From: an uncultured Thermococci archaeon
GTDB taxonomy: Archaea > Methanobacteriota_B > Thermococci > Thermococcales > CAYNOZ01
Length of the DNA stretch: 40,883 bases
Direction: 5' to 3'
NCBI GenBank assembly: GCA_964398955.1
Contig: CAYNOZ010000004.1
Span: forward strand, 1-40,883
Numbering within the stretch: the first letter of the stretch is position 1; each line of letters starts with the position of its first letter. A program made the translations under genes and the position numbers. The notes beneath the pieces are model-generated. The model was not told the DNA's origin. It searched no databases and was given only the letters and a program-made list of their open reading frames with translations. This document shows positions 19,021-28,000 of this stretch, one piece after another.

Positions 19021-20379
19021 TCATAAAGAACCATTTACGGACATTTCTATGATCTTTTTTATTTCTGATTTGAATTCTAGCGGTATGTCTTCTATTAGTG
19101 GGCTTACGAATCCTTTTACTATTAGTTGAGTTGCTTCTTCTTCGGTTAATCCTCTACTTTGTAGGTAAAATAGTTCTTTTTCTCTAATATTTCCTATTCC
19201 TGCTTCGTGGCTTAGATCTGTATTGCTTACTTCTGATGCTAGTCCTGGATAGGTTTCCATGCTTGCATTTGGGCTGGTTGTTAATGCATCGCATCCGATG
19301 TGTCCTTCTGTTTCTTCTTCAAGTGCGTTTATAACACCTTCCGATACAACAGATGCTTCGTCCATTATTACGGCTTTACTTTCGTTTATTCCGCTAGAAC
19401 CTTTTCCTTCAAGGTTGATTTCTCCACCTACGCTGACATGTGAATCTTCTTTTCCTAAAATTATTGTATTCATTTCTACTGTTCCCTCTTTATCTACCCA
19501 ATATTTAGGATTGGATATATTAGATTTTCCAGGTCCTAATCCAACAGTAGTGTTTTTAAATGATGCTTCCTTCCCAACTTTTGCTCTGGTCTTTGGTCTA
19601 GTATGTACGTATTGTGGCCAGTTCTGTAGTACAGTTAATTTAACTTCAGCATTATCTTTTATGAAGGCTTCAGTCATGTCTAGGTGTAGTGAGTGTTTCG
19701 CTAAAACTGGTGAAGTACAGCCTTCCATTAGATGGACTTTACTGTTTGGTTCTGCCATGATCATTATATGTGGGGCCTGTGCTAGAGAGCTTTCCTGGAT
19801 TAGGTAGAAAAGTTGAAGTGGAACGTCAACTTCTAGGCCTTCTTCTAAATGTAGGAATATTCCTCCATCCCATACTGCCGTATGGTACGCGGCTAATTTA
19901 TTTTCGGTTGGATCAAATAGTTCCATGAAGTTTTCTTTGACTTGTGGAAACTCTTTTACTGCTTCTTCCATTGGTGCAATGGTTAATCCTTTTTCTTCCC
20001 ATTTGTCCATGAAGTCGGATTGTACTACTCCTGTGTCGGTTTCTGATGTTAGTCCTGCTATAAATTTTTGTTCTTCTTCATTGATTCCTAGTTCATCTAG
20101 GAGTTTTTTCATATCTGATGGTAGATCCTCTAAGCTGTCTATTGATTCTACTGGAACTTCGTTTTGTCTTCCTGTGAAGTCGGTTAAGTTATTTAATATC
20201 GGGTCTTGATTTGGTGCTTTTTTAAATGCTTCCAGTCCTTCGTATCTCTTTTCAGTTACCCATGATGGTTCATCATTCTTTTTGGCTATTTCTTCGATTC
20301 TTTTTTCTATTATTGAAGTTGCTTCTTCTAAATTGATGTGATTTTTATTGGTTTCTTTGACCATGGTTCTCTCATTCAT
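19021..20379 (-). CDS. sufB: Fe-S cluster assembly scaffold SufB-like (archaeal SmsB)
   Basis: EGCT, T.LQNW, H..CDAL, HEA.IG and LFYLQSRGL..EEA..LIV.GF motifs; overlaps the sufC stop. Start at 20379 or 20364. Confidence 0.9.
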   Translation of the reverse strand: MNERTMVKETNKNHINLEEATSIIEKRIEEIAKKNDEPSWVTEKRYEGLEAFKKAPNQDPILNNLTDFTGRQNEVPVESIDSLEDLPSDMKKLLDELGINEEEQKFIAGLTSETDTGVVQSDFMDKWEEKGLTIAPMEEAVKEFPQVKENFMELFDPTENKLAAYHTAVWDGGIFLHLEEGLEVDVPLQLFYLIQESSLAQAPHIMIMAEPNSKVHLMEGCTSPVLAKHSLHLDMTEAFIKDNAEVKLTVLQNWPQYVHTRPKTRAKVGKEASFKNTTVGLGPGKSNISNPKYWVDKEGTVEMNTIILGKEDSHVSVGGEINLEGKGSSGINESKAVIMDEASVVSEGVINALEEETEGHIGCDALTTSPNASMETYPGLASEVSNTDLSHEAGIGNIREKELFYLQSRGLTEEEATQLIVKGFVSPLIEDIPLEFKSEIKKIIEMSVNGSL

Positions 20380-21118
20380 CACAACCACACTCTTCAAATA
20401 CTTTTTCAAATCCTTTATTCTCTATTTTTTTGATAAGATCGCTTTCTCCTTCCATTACAAACTGTCCATTTTTAATTATGTGAACCTTTAAGGATTCAGG
20501 ATCTAGGTGTTTGAAAATTTTGCCGTAATGTGTTATTAAAATAGTTGCAGTGCCATTATTATGGAATTCTTTGATTTTCTTTGAAATCAGGTTGAGGGAG
20601 TCCACATCAACACCGCTATCTGGTTCGTCTAGGATTAATAGATCAGGATTTAGAAGAGAGGCTTGTAGTAGTTCAGATCTTTTCTTCTCTCCTCCGGAGA
20701 ATCCCATGTTTAAATATCTTTGAATATCGGGTTTTTCGAAGGAAAATTCTTGAGATTCTTTTACTATTTTTTTGTGCGCTTCTAGTTGGTTAAGATCTTC
20801 TTTTTTTTGTAAAATTCTTTTAAGAAATTCGTTAATTGTTACTCCTTGTACTTCTTCGGAGTATTGGAATGCCATGAAGATGCCTTTTCTTGCTCTTTCA
20901 TCTACTGGAAGGTCTGCTATGTTTTGACCCTTATAGATTATTTCGCCATTTTCTAGGTTGTATTTTGGGTGTCCCATGATGGAATAACCTAGTGTTGATT
21001 TACCGCTACCGTTTGGCCCCATTATAACGTGTATTTTGTTGTTATCTACCTTAAGATTTACTTTGTTTAGAATTTTTTCTTGGTTGATGGTTGTTGTTAG
21101 GTTATTTAATTTTAACAT
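20372..21118 (-). CDS. sufC: Fe-S cluster assembly ATPase SufC (SmsC)
   Basis: MGPNGSGKSTL, GHPKY, GFSGGEKKRSE, LDEPDSGVDVD and ITHY; C-terminal CGC. Confidence 0.93.
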   Translation of the reverse strand: MLKLNNLTTTINQEKILNKVNLKVDNNKIHVIMGPNGSGKSTLGYSIMGHPKYNLENGEIIYKGQNIADLPVDERARKGIFMAFQYSEEVQGVTINEFLKRILQKKEDLNQLEAHKKIVKESQEFSFEKPDIQRYLNMGFSGGEKKRSELLQASLLNPDLLILDEPDSGVDVDSLNLISKKIKEFHNNGTATILITHYGKIFKHLDPESLKVHIIKNGQFVMEGESDLIKKIENKGFEKVFEECGCDE

Positions 21119-21261
21119 AATATCACTTTGAAACCTTAGGTTTAGTAATTGGAGAATACTTTTAAGTATTTTTGATCACAAATGTCCAATTAACGGTCAT
21201 ATTAGCGAAAAGAATAACCACAAGAAAAACTCATCAAGAATAAAAAAGAAAGTAATAAAAT

Positions 21262-21624
21262 TTATTCAGAATTGACTAGTTCGTCTATCCTCTTTTGAAC
21301 TTCATCTAATTCTCTTTTAAGATCCTGTGCATACTGTTTAAGATTATCAACTTCTTCCTCTTTAGTTAATCCACGATCCACATTTGCTGTAGTTCTATCA
21401 TTTACGGGCGCCCCTTCGACTCTCGTTCTAGGCCGCGGTATACCACGAGGATTTACATCCGTTTGTAATCCAAATCTTCTTCCACCACCTCTTCCTCTGC
21501 CTCTTCCTCTACCACGGGGCGCACCTTTCGTGAAACCGGGACTGTTGAATCCTGTGCAGAATCCTAAGGCTCTTCCTGTTTTAGGTCCTCTACCTTCCGG
21601 ACCTGTTTGATCTCCATATGGCAT
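21262..21624 (-). CDS. DUF5320-family protein
   Basis: MP.GD.TGP.G.GP.TGR.LG.C, GR repeats and C-terminal coiled coil. Confidence 0.82.
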   Translation of the reverse strand: MPYGDQTGPEGRGPKTGRALGFCTGFNSPGFTKGAPRGRGRGRGRGGGRRFGLQTDVNPRGIPRPRTRVEGAPVNDRTTANVDRGLTKEEEVDNLKQYAQDLKRELDEVQKRIDELVNSE

Positions 21625-21633
21625 GTTATCACA

Positions 21634-21730
21634 TTTATCTCATATGTGCACTTACTTAAATACTTTTTCCCCATATGTGAAATAATTGTTTTGAAGAAAA
21701 CCCTTAAATATTATGAATATATATTCAAAA
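21634..21730. promoter_or_regulatory. Divergent promoter region with palindromic operator-like sites
   Basis: TTATGAATATATATTCAAAA (21711-21730, 9/10 symmetric) directly after TATA CTTAAATA; weaker CATATG-centred sites at 21641 and 21672 flank the opposite-strand TATA. Confidence 0.5.
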
Positions 21731-21788
21731 CCTGAAGGTGCGAACCTCCACGGCATTATCCGCAAAAACCAGGAAAAAGGTAGATATA

Positions 21789-22223
21789 ATGACCAGACCC
21801 AAACAATACAGAAAAGTATGCTGTAAACCAGAATACAACTACTTCAAACCAATAGGAGTAAAAAAAAAGAATTTAAAAGAGATAAATCTAACTGTAGACG
21901 AATACGAAGCCTTAAGACTCAAAGACAAAGAAAAACTATCACAAAAAGAAGCAGCAAAAAGAATGGACATTTCACAACCAACATTCTACAGAATGATAAA
22001 AAAAGCAAGAGAAAAAATTTCAGAAGCACTAATAAACGGTAAAGCCATTAAAATCGAAGGTGGAAGATACAAAATGCCACAAAGAGAAACGAAAGGAATT
22101 AAAAATCCACCATCAGAATGTAAATGTCCAGAATGCGGATATTCGGAAAAAAAAGAAAGGGGAGTCCCTTGCTCCGATATAAAATGTTCAGAATGTGGAT
22201 CAAGAATGATTAGAGGTGAATAA
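21789..22223 (+). CDS. DUF134 HTH protein with C-terminal Zn-ribbon
   Basis: RP...R, YFKP.G, L..DEYEALRL.D...LSQ.EAA..M.ISQPTF, ARE.I..AL..GKAI.IEGG; C-terminal CKCPECG...C....CSECG. Confidence 0.88.
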   Translation: MTRPKQYRKVCCKPEYNYFKPIGVKKKNLKEINLTVDEYEALRLKDKEKLSQKEAAKRMDISQPTFYRMIKKAREKISEALINGKAIKIEGGRYKMPQRETKGIKNPPSECKCPECGYSEKKERGVPCSDIKCSECGSRMIRGE

Positions 22224-22225
22224 AA

Positions 22226-22603
22226 ATGAAAATCGCAATAAGTTCAGAAGGAAAAGAATTAGATAGCAATTGTAGTTCCATGTTTGGTAGATGTTCTTAC
22301 TTTATAATCGCAGAAACCAATGGAGAAAATATAAAGAAAATAAAAACTATAGAAAACACTGGAGTAAACCAAAGAAGTGGTGCAGGTATAAATGCAGCAA
22401 AATTAATTGGAAATGAAAATGTTAATTCGTTAATCACAGCAGCAGTTGGTCCAAAAGCGTTTGATGCTTTAAAAGAATGGAATATAGACATTTATAAGTC
22501 AAAGAAAAATGTGAACAAGGAAAATATTGAGGAACTACTAAAAGGAAACCTCGAAATAATAGAAGGCCCTAATTCTACTCCAAAAAGAAAAGGAAGAAGG
22601 TAA
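22226..22603 (+). CDS. NifB/NifX-family (dinitrogenase FeMo-cofactor-binding domain) protein
   Basis: MKIAI, FGRC.YF, GAG..AA and GPKAF..L motifs. Confidence 0.85.
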   Translation: MKIAISSEGKELDSNCSSMFGRCSYFIIAETNGENIKKIKTIENTGVNQRSGAGINAAKLIGNENVNSLITAAVGPKAFDALKEWNIDIYKSKKNVNKENIEELLKGNLEIIEGPNSTPKRKGRR

Positions 22604-22624
22604 TAAAGTTAATAGGTGATTTCC

Positions 22625-23008
22625 ATGAAAGTAGCTATACCTACATTAGGAAAATCTGGATTAGAAGAAAAAGTAAGCTCTCACTTTGGAAGAGCTCCAA
22701 CTTTTACCGTTGTAGATACAGAAGAAAATAACGTTGAAATCATATCAAATAAAAGTGAACATATGGGAGGTTCTGGAAAACCCCCTGAACAAATGGCTAA
22801 ACAAAATATAGAAGTTATGATTTGTGGTAGTTTAGGTTCTAAAGCAGTGAAAATATTCGAAAGATATGGAATCGAAGTTTACTGTGGAGCTGGAGAGGGA
22901 ACTGTCAAAGAAAGCATGGAAAAATGGGAAAATGGTGAACTTCAAAAGGCTACAGAGGCAAACGCCTGTCACGAACATAGCGACCACGAACATGAACATA
23001 GACATTAA
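22625..23008 (+). CDS. NifB/NifX-family protein with His-rich tail
   Basis: MKVAIP, HFGRAP.F and ICG.LG.KA; ends CHEHSDHEHEHRH; GGTGAT SD. Confidence 0.85.
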   Translation: MKVAIPTLGKSGLEEKVSSHFGRAPTFTVVDTEENNVEIISNKSEHMGGSGKPPEQMAKQNIEVMICGSLGSKAVKIFERYGIEVYCGAGEGTVKESMEKWENGELQKATEANACHEHSDHEHEHRH

Positions 23009-23018
23009 TGGTGATCAA

Positions 23019-23843
23019 GTGAAAATAGCAGTAGCTAGTGGTAAAGGCGGGACTGGCAAAACAACAGTTTCTTTAAACATGGCTATTTCATTAGATGCTC
23101 AACTATTGGATTGTGATGTTGAAGAGCCAGATTGTCATCTTTTTCTTGATTCTGAATTAGAGAAAGTTGAAGAAGTAAAGATGCTTAACCCTAAAATTAA
23201 CAAAGATAAATGTAATAATAGTGGAAATTGTGAGGACTTATGCAGATTTAATGCTATTATCGTCACCCCTAATGGTCCTAAACTTTTTCCGGAATTATGT
23301 CATTCTTGTGGATTATGTAGTCTAGGATGTCCTGAAAATGCTATAGAAGAAGTAGAAAGATCTATCGGGAAAGTTGAAAAATCAAGAGGAGACCTAAATT
23401 TTTATCATGGGGAATTAACAACTGGGGAAGGATTAGCTCCTCCAATAATTGAATCTGTGAAAGATCATTCATCTGAAGGAATTGTTATTATTGACGCTCC
23501 TCCAGGTAATGCTTGTCCGGCAGTTGCAGCACTTGAAGGTACTGATTTCGCAATTCTAGTAACCGAACCTACACCTTTCGGATTAAATGATTTGAAATAC
23601 TCTGTTAGAATGTTAGATCAAATGGAAATTCCATACGGTGTTGTGATAAATAAAGCTGGTTTAGGAGATAATAGGGTATATGAATACTGTGATGATAAGA
23701 ACATACCTATCCTTATGGAAATCCCCAATAAAAGAAAAATTGCTAATTTATATTCGAATGGAACGCCTTTCGTTTCTGAAATGCCAAAATGGAATGAAAA
23801 ATTCATTGATCTTTATGATAAAATCGAGGAGATGGTCAAATGA
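23019..23843 (+). CDS. MinD/CobQ-like P-loop ATPase with inserted 2x[4Fe-4S] ferredoxin domain
   Basis: SGKGGTGKTT, DCDVEEP, C..SG.C...C and CHSCGLC...CP, DAPPG..CP, VTEPTPFG..DL. GTG start at 23019 after GGTGAT. Confidence 0.88.
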   Translation: MKIAVASGKGGTGKTTVSLNMAISLDAQLLDCDVEEPDCHLFLDSELEKVEEVKMLNPKINKDKCNNSGNCEDLCRFNAIIVTPNGPKLFPELCHSCGLCSLGCPENAIEEVERSIGKVEKSRGDLNFYHGELTTGEGLAPPIIESVKDHSSEGIVIIDAPPGNACPAVAALEGTDFAILVTEPTPFGLNDLKYSVRMLDQMEIPYGVVINKAGLGDNRVYEYCDDKNIPILMEIPNKRKIANLYSNGTPFVSEMPKWNEKFIDLYDKIEEMVK

Positions 23844-24694
23844 AAGAACTAACCATTATAAGTGGAAAAGGAGGAACAGGTAAAACTACTATAACTGGAG
23901 CTTTTGCTTCACTTGCTAATAATGCAATTTTAGCAGATTGCGATATCGATGCTCCAGATTTACAGCTGATTCTCGATCCTGAAATTCAAAATGAACAGAG
24001 TTACGTAGGAACTGCTACGGCCAGGAAAATAAAAGATTGCTCACTTTGTGGTAAATGTGTTGAAGCATGTAGATTTAACGCAATAGACGAAGACATTAGT
24101 ATTAACAAGTTAAAATGTGAAGGTTGTGGAGTATGCGAATATATTTGTCCGGAAAACGCAATTAAAATGATTGAAAATACAACAGGTTCAATTTACACTT
24201 CTTCTACAAGATACGGGAAAATGGTTCACGCCGAGTTAGAAGTTGGAGAAGAAGCTTCAGGAAAAATGGTTACCAAAGTTAGAAACGAAGCAAAAGAAGT
24301 AGCCAGTGATGAAGATCTTTTAATTGTTGACGGATCCCCAGGAGTTGGTTGTCCCGTAATCTCATCTATCAGAGGATCTGATCAAATCTTAGCCGTTTCC
24401 GAACCAACAGTATCTGGAGTACATGACCTTAAAAGAGTTCTTGAAGTAGCACAACATTTCAATGTTGATTCCGGCGTTTGTATTAACAAATACGATATTA
24501 ATAAAGCCAAAACTAAGGAAATAGAAAATTTATGTAAAGATATGAACATCCCAGTTATAGGAAAGTTCCCCTACGACGATATCGCCACCGAAGCAATGAT
24601 AGACAAAAAAACAGTAATAGAATATCAAAATTCAGAACTATCTAAATCAATAAGGAATGCTTGGAAAAAAATTAACTCTCTTCTAAATGATTAA
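23840..24694 (+). CDS. Second MinD-like P-loop ATPase with inserted ferredoxin domain
   Basis: SGKGGTGKT, CSLCGKC...C, CEGCGVC...CP, GEEASGKMV and DGSPGVGCPV; ATGA overlap. Confidence 0.88.
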   Translation: MKELTIISGKGGTGKTTITGAFASLANNAILADCDIDAPDLQLILDPEIQNEQSYVGTATARKIKDCSLCGKCVEACRFNAIDEDISINKLKCEGCGVCEYICPENAIKMIENTTGSIYTSSTRYGKMVHAELEVGEEASGKMVTKVRNEAKEVASDEDLLIVDGSPGVGCPVISSIRGSDQILAVSEPTVSGVHDLKRVLEVAQHFNVDSGVCINKYDINKAKTKEIENLCKDMNIPVIGKFPYDDIATEAMIDKKTVIEYQNSELSKSIRNAWKKINSLLND

Positions 24695-24704
24695 AGGTGA
24701 TTAT

Positions 24705-25436
24705 ATGTTAATTGATGAATTATTAGATTACTCTAAAGAAAATCTAAAGAATCAAAGAGTCAAAGATGTAAGAATAGGTCTGAGTTACACTGGAGTTCTA
24801 CTGGAAAATGGAAATATGGGAATCTCTTACACATTCAGAAATGAAGCAATAGATTGCTGCGAAGTCGTAGAAGATGCCGGAAGCCTACAAGAAAAATCTG
24901 CATTCGAACTAGCAAAATTAGCATTAGAACCACGAGCAATCGATGCTGGAGTAGGCGTGGCTACAATAAATGCCGCAATAAATCAAGACATTAAAGAATC
25001 AGGAGACATTCTAAACCATCTAAATCTACAAGACAACGACAGTATAGGTATGATAGGTAACTTCAAACCAGTAGTTAACAATATAGACAAAAATTTAGAA
25101 ATAAAAGTTTTCGAAAAAAACCCACAAGAAGAAGAAATATACCCAGACTGGGCAGCAGAACAACTACTACCAAAACAAGATGTCGTAATAATCTCAGGAA
25201 CCACTCTAGTTAACAAAACAATAGACCATCTTATAGAAATATCAAAAAATGCAAGAGAAATAGTAATATTAGGACCTACAACAACCATGGCCCCAGAAAT
25301 CTTTAAAAAGAGAGGGGTCACAGTATTAGGAGGAACAATTGTTAAAAAACCAGAAAAAGCATTTAAAATAATTAGCCAAGGTGGAGGAACCAGAACCCTA
25401 CACAAAGCCTCAAAAAAAGTTAATCTATTACTGTAA
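24705..25436 (+). CDS. DUF364 (Rossmann-like, putative metal-chelation) protein
   Basis: V.IG..YTGV, G.ATINA, IG.F.P, D.V.I.GTT..N.T, GPT and I.QGG motifs. Confidence 0.85.
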   Translation: MLIDELLDYSKENLKNQRVKDVRIGLSYTGVLLENGNMGISYTFRNEAIDCCEVVEDAGSLQEKSAFELAKLALEPRAIDAGVGVATINAAINQDIKESGDILNHLNLQDNDSIGMIGNFKPVVNNIDKNLEIKVFEKNPQEEEIYPDWAAEQLLPKQDVVIISGTTLVNKTIDHLIEISKNAREIVILGPTTTMAPEIFKKRGVTVLGGTIVKKPEKAFKIISQGGGTRTLHKASKKVNLLL

Positions 25437-25570
25437 GAAAAATCTCCTCAAAAACAAAGATTCGTAGAAGTAAACCTAAACAGGTAAATCGAGCAAAAAG
25501 GTGGAATTGCCTTTGCACATTGAAAAAATTTAAATACCACTTAACAAAAATTGCTTTTCAGGTGGTACAA

Positions 25571-25696
25571 GTGAAAGTTTGGAAATGTGAATTATGCGAT
25601 GAGGAATTTGAGTCAGAAGAAGAAGCTAGAGAACATGCCAATACAGAACATAATAGACCGGCCAGAGAGATAATCTCCATAGATAGGAGAATTTAG
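25571..25696 (+). CDS. Small C2H2 zinc-finger protein (41 aa, not in ORF track)
   Basis: MKVWKCELCDEEFESEEEAREHANTEHNRPAREIISIDRRI has C-x2-C-x12-H-x4-H; GTG start after GGTGG SD; TTTAAATA at ~25529. Confidence 0.72.
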   Translation: MKVWKCELCDEEFESEEEAREHANTEHNRPAREIISIDRRI

Positions 25697-25995
25697 AGCT
25701 CTATTCTGTTTAAATTTTGATCAATTTTCTTTAAAATTTAATTAAGTCTTTATTATGTTCTTAATTATTTACCTTAGCATTTCTTACATTTATCAAATAA
25801 TTAAGATTATATAGTTTGATAATCCGATTTTTTAGAGTAAATTTTAAGTTTTATTTGATTTTTTATAGGATTTATATTATTTTTTAATTTCTGAAATATT
25901 TTTAGTACAGTTTTGCCTAATCTTTGTTTCTGAAATATTTTTTAAATTAATTATAAAGATTTAAATATTTTTAATACCTATATTAATTGATTTAT

Positions 25996-27234
25996 ATGGA
26001 CGACAACTACGATTTAGTTATTAGAAATTCTAAGATCCGATCAAGGGATAAATTGGTTAATATTGGCGTTTTGGAAGACGAAATTGTTAAGATTTCTAAA
26101 GATCAGATTACTGGATCGGTTGAATTAGATGCTGAAGGAAATTTGGTTACTGAAACTTTTGTAAATCCTCATCTGCACATGGATAAGGTTTTTACGCTTC
26201 AAAAACTTGGAGAAGAGTCGATAAAATTATATCAAGATGAAGAAAGTGGAATGGGTGGGGCTATGAATGCTATTAAATTCGCATCAAAAGTCAAAGAAGA
26301 TTATGACGAAAGTTGGATTTATAAAAACGCAGAAAGAGCCTTGAAACTTGGTATAAAGAATGGAGTCTTACATCATAGAGCTTTTGTGGATATAGATAAT
26401 ATCGCAAAGCTTGAAGGTATGAAAGCTTTATTAAAACTTAGAGATAAATACGAGGAAATAGCTAGTTTAAAAGTTGTAGCTTTTCCACAAGAAGGAGTAA
26501 TCAAAGAACCTGGGACTGAAGATTTAATTGAAGAATCTGTAAAAATGGGAGCTGATGTCGTAGGTGGTATACCCTGGGTTGAGGATACGGATATAGAATC
26601 TCAGAAACATATTGATAAAATGTTTAGAATCGCTACGGAATATGATAAGGATGTAGCAATGCTAACAGACGATGCAGGAGACCCTTCGATCAGAACCACT
26701 GAAATGTTAGGGATTAAGACTTTAAAAGAAGGTTGGGAAGGTAGAGTTACCGCCTGTCATGCTCGTGCAATGGCAAAATATCCGGAACTATATTTTAACA
26801 GATTGACTGAGCTACTTAAGCGTGCTAAAATTAGTATTGTTTCAGATCCTCAAACAGGGCCTATCCATGCTCGAGTTGAAGATCTTTTAAAAAGTGGAGT
26901 TAATGTGGCATTAGGACAAGATGATATAGCTGATGCATATTATCCTTATGGCCGTAATAGTATGTTAGAAGTGGCATTCTTATCATCACACCTGCTTTGG
27001 GATACGACAAGAAAGGATATGGAAATTTTATACGATATGATAACAAAAAACGGAGCAAAAAGTCTTAGTTTATCTGATTATGGACTAAAAAAAGGATGTA
27101 AAGCAGATTTAGTAATTTTAAATGATAAAAATGTTTACAATGCTTTAAGAAATCAAGAAACACCAAGAAAAGTTATAAGTAACGGAAAAATAGTCGCAGA
27201 AACGGATAGTAACACCAAATTCCACTTAAATTAA
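25996..27234 (+). CDS. Amidohydrolase, cytosine/creatinine deaminase-like
   Basis: NPHLHMDK metal motif, VAFPQEG, GADVVGGIP, VTACHA, GVNVALGQDD and ADLV. Confidence 0.85.
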   Translation: MDDNYDLVIRNSKIRSRDKLVNIGVLEDEIVKISKDQITGSVELDAEGNLVTETFVNPHLHMDKVFTLQKLGEESIKLYQDEESGMGGAMNAIKFASKVKEDYDESWIYKNAERALKLGIKNGVLHHRAFVDIDNIAKLEGMKALLKLRDKYEEIASLKVVAFPQEGVIKEPGTEDLIEESVKMGADVVGGIPWVEDTDIESQKHIDKMFRIATEYDKDVAMLTDDAGDPSIRTTEMLGIKTLKEGWEGRVTACHARAMAKYPELYFNRLTELLKRAKISIVSDPQTGPIHARVEDLLKSGVNVALGQDDIADAYYPYGRNSMLEVAFLSSHLLWDTTRKDMEILYDMITKNGAKSLSLSDYGLKKGCKADLVILNDKNVYNALRNQETPRKVISNGKIVAETDSNTKFHLN

Positions 27235-27415
27235 ACCAACCCTACCGAAAACCTAAATTCAAATAATATCTCAATAACTGCCTAGGACCTCTCCAAAAGA
27301 GAGGCTCCTTAACCTATATCAAATTATATTTATTTTTCGATCGCATAAGTGAAAATTTTCCGATAAAAATTATATCTAACCATAAATTTTAAATACCCCC
27401 AAGTAGATTAAGTTT

Positions 27416-27541
27416 ATGGATAGTATGAAATGGGACTCACTAAACATAATATACGAAGAAGTAATGGAGAAAGGTAAAGTGGTTAGTCCCAAAGCTATGC
27501 TACTTTTAATTATCCCTTTAGTACTTATTATAATTAAATAA
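27416..27541 (+). CDS. Putative 41-aa small membrane peptide (not in ORF track)
   Basis: MDSMKWDSLNIIYEEVMEKGKVVSPKAMLLLIIPLVLIIIK; TTTAAATA about 20-28 nt upstream of the ATG, consistent with a leaderless transcript. Confidence 0.35.
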   Translation: MDSMKWDSLNIIYEEVMEKGKVVSPKAMLLLIIPLVLIIIK

Positions 27542-27646
27542 CCTTCCAAAGGAGTTGCCTGCCAAGTGGCTCCTGAGGACTGTTCTTTTGGCCGATTTAA
27601 ATTAGTTTTAATTGAGATCAAAATTCATTAAAATTTCATAGGAGGT

Positions 27647-27781
27647 ATGATCATGACAAAATCACATACAAAAAGTAAAACTTCAAATTCCTTCAGAACC
27701 AAAACAACCGCGAAAAAGAAACCTAAGACATCTAGTTTTGAAAGATTTGAAACATATTCAATGATGCATGTCGGACCTTAA
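27647..27781 (+). CDS. Putative 42-44-aa basic Lys/Thr/Ser-rich peptide (not in ORF track)
   Basis: GGAGGT SD 6 nt before ATG 27653; (MI)MTKSHTKSKTSNSFRTKTTAKKKPKTSSFERFETYSMMHVGP; followed by a hairpin and T-tract. Confidence 0.5.
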   Translation: MIMTKSHTKSKTSNSFRTKTTAKKKPKTSSFERFETYSMMHVGP

Positions 27782-27796
27782 TTGGTCCTTTTCTTT
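27773..27796 (+). terminator. Hairpin plus T-tract terminator overlapping the small-ORF stop
   Basis: GGACC-TTAATT-GGTCC followed by TTTTCTTT. Confidence 0.45.
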
Positions 27797-27836
27797 ATTA
27801 ATATATTATATAATTAATATATTCTATATTTTTCAA

Positions 27837-28000
27837 GTGAACTACCCTTACCATGCCTACGCTTCCGCTTCGGTGTGGAAGGAGTCTCCTGCTTCAACCA
27901 CAGAACTTGCAGACACATTATAAAGGTCTGTAAAGGTTCCAGTATTCATAGGCGTAACTTCGGCCTGTCCCATGCCTAAACCTTTCTTAAGGATATTAAT
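27837..28000 (-). mobile_element. Isolated tnpB 3' end and IS605/IS1341 right end (omega/reRNA-type region)
   Basis: Minus strand translates INILKKGLGMGQAEVTPMNTGTFTDLYNVSASSVVEAG, a typical archaeal TnpB C-terminus, and ends GGTAAGGGTAGTTCAC with the canonical TCAC right end. Confidence 0.75.

Noticed and set aside
22226-23008. Nitrogen fixation genes
   Set aside because: NifB/NifX-like domains occur widely outside nif clusters, and there is no nifH/D/K in the window.
22866-23018. 51-aa N-terminal extension of the first MinD-like ATPase
   Set aside because: It overlaps the NifX gene out of frame; GTG 23019 with a GGTGAT SD gives the canonical MKIAVASGKGG start.
27285-27308. GGACCTCTC-CAAAA-GAGAGGCTCC hairpin as a third copy of the repeat end
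   Set aside because: Similarity to 17028-17054 is limited to ~9 nt; a simple 3' hairpin of the amidohydrolase transcript is equally likely.
27647-27781. Thr/Lys-rich peptide as an attenuation leader of the thr operon
   Set aside because: It lies downstream of the operon and converges on it, so it cannot be a 5' leader.
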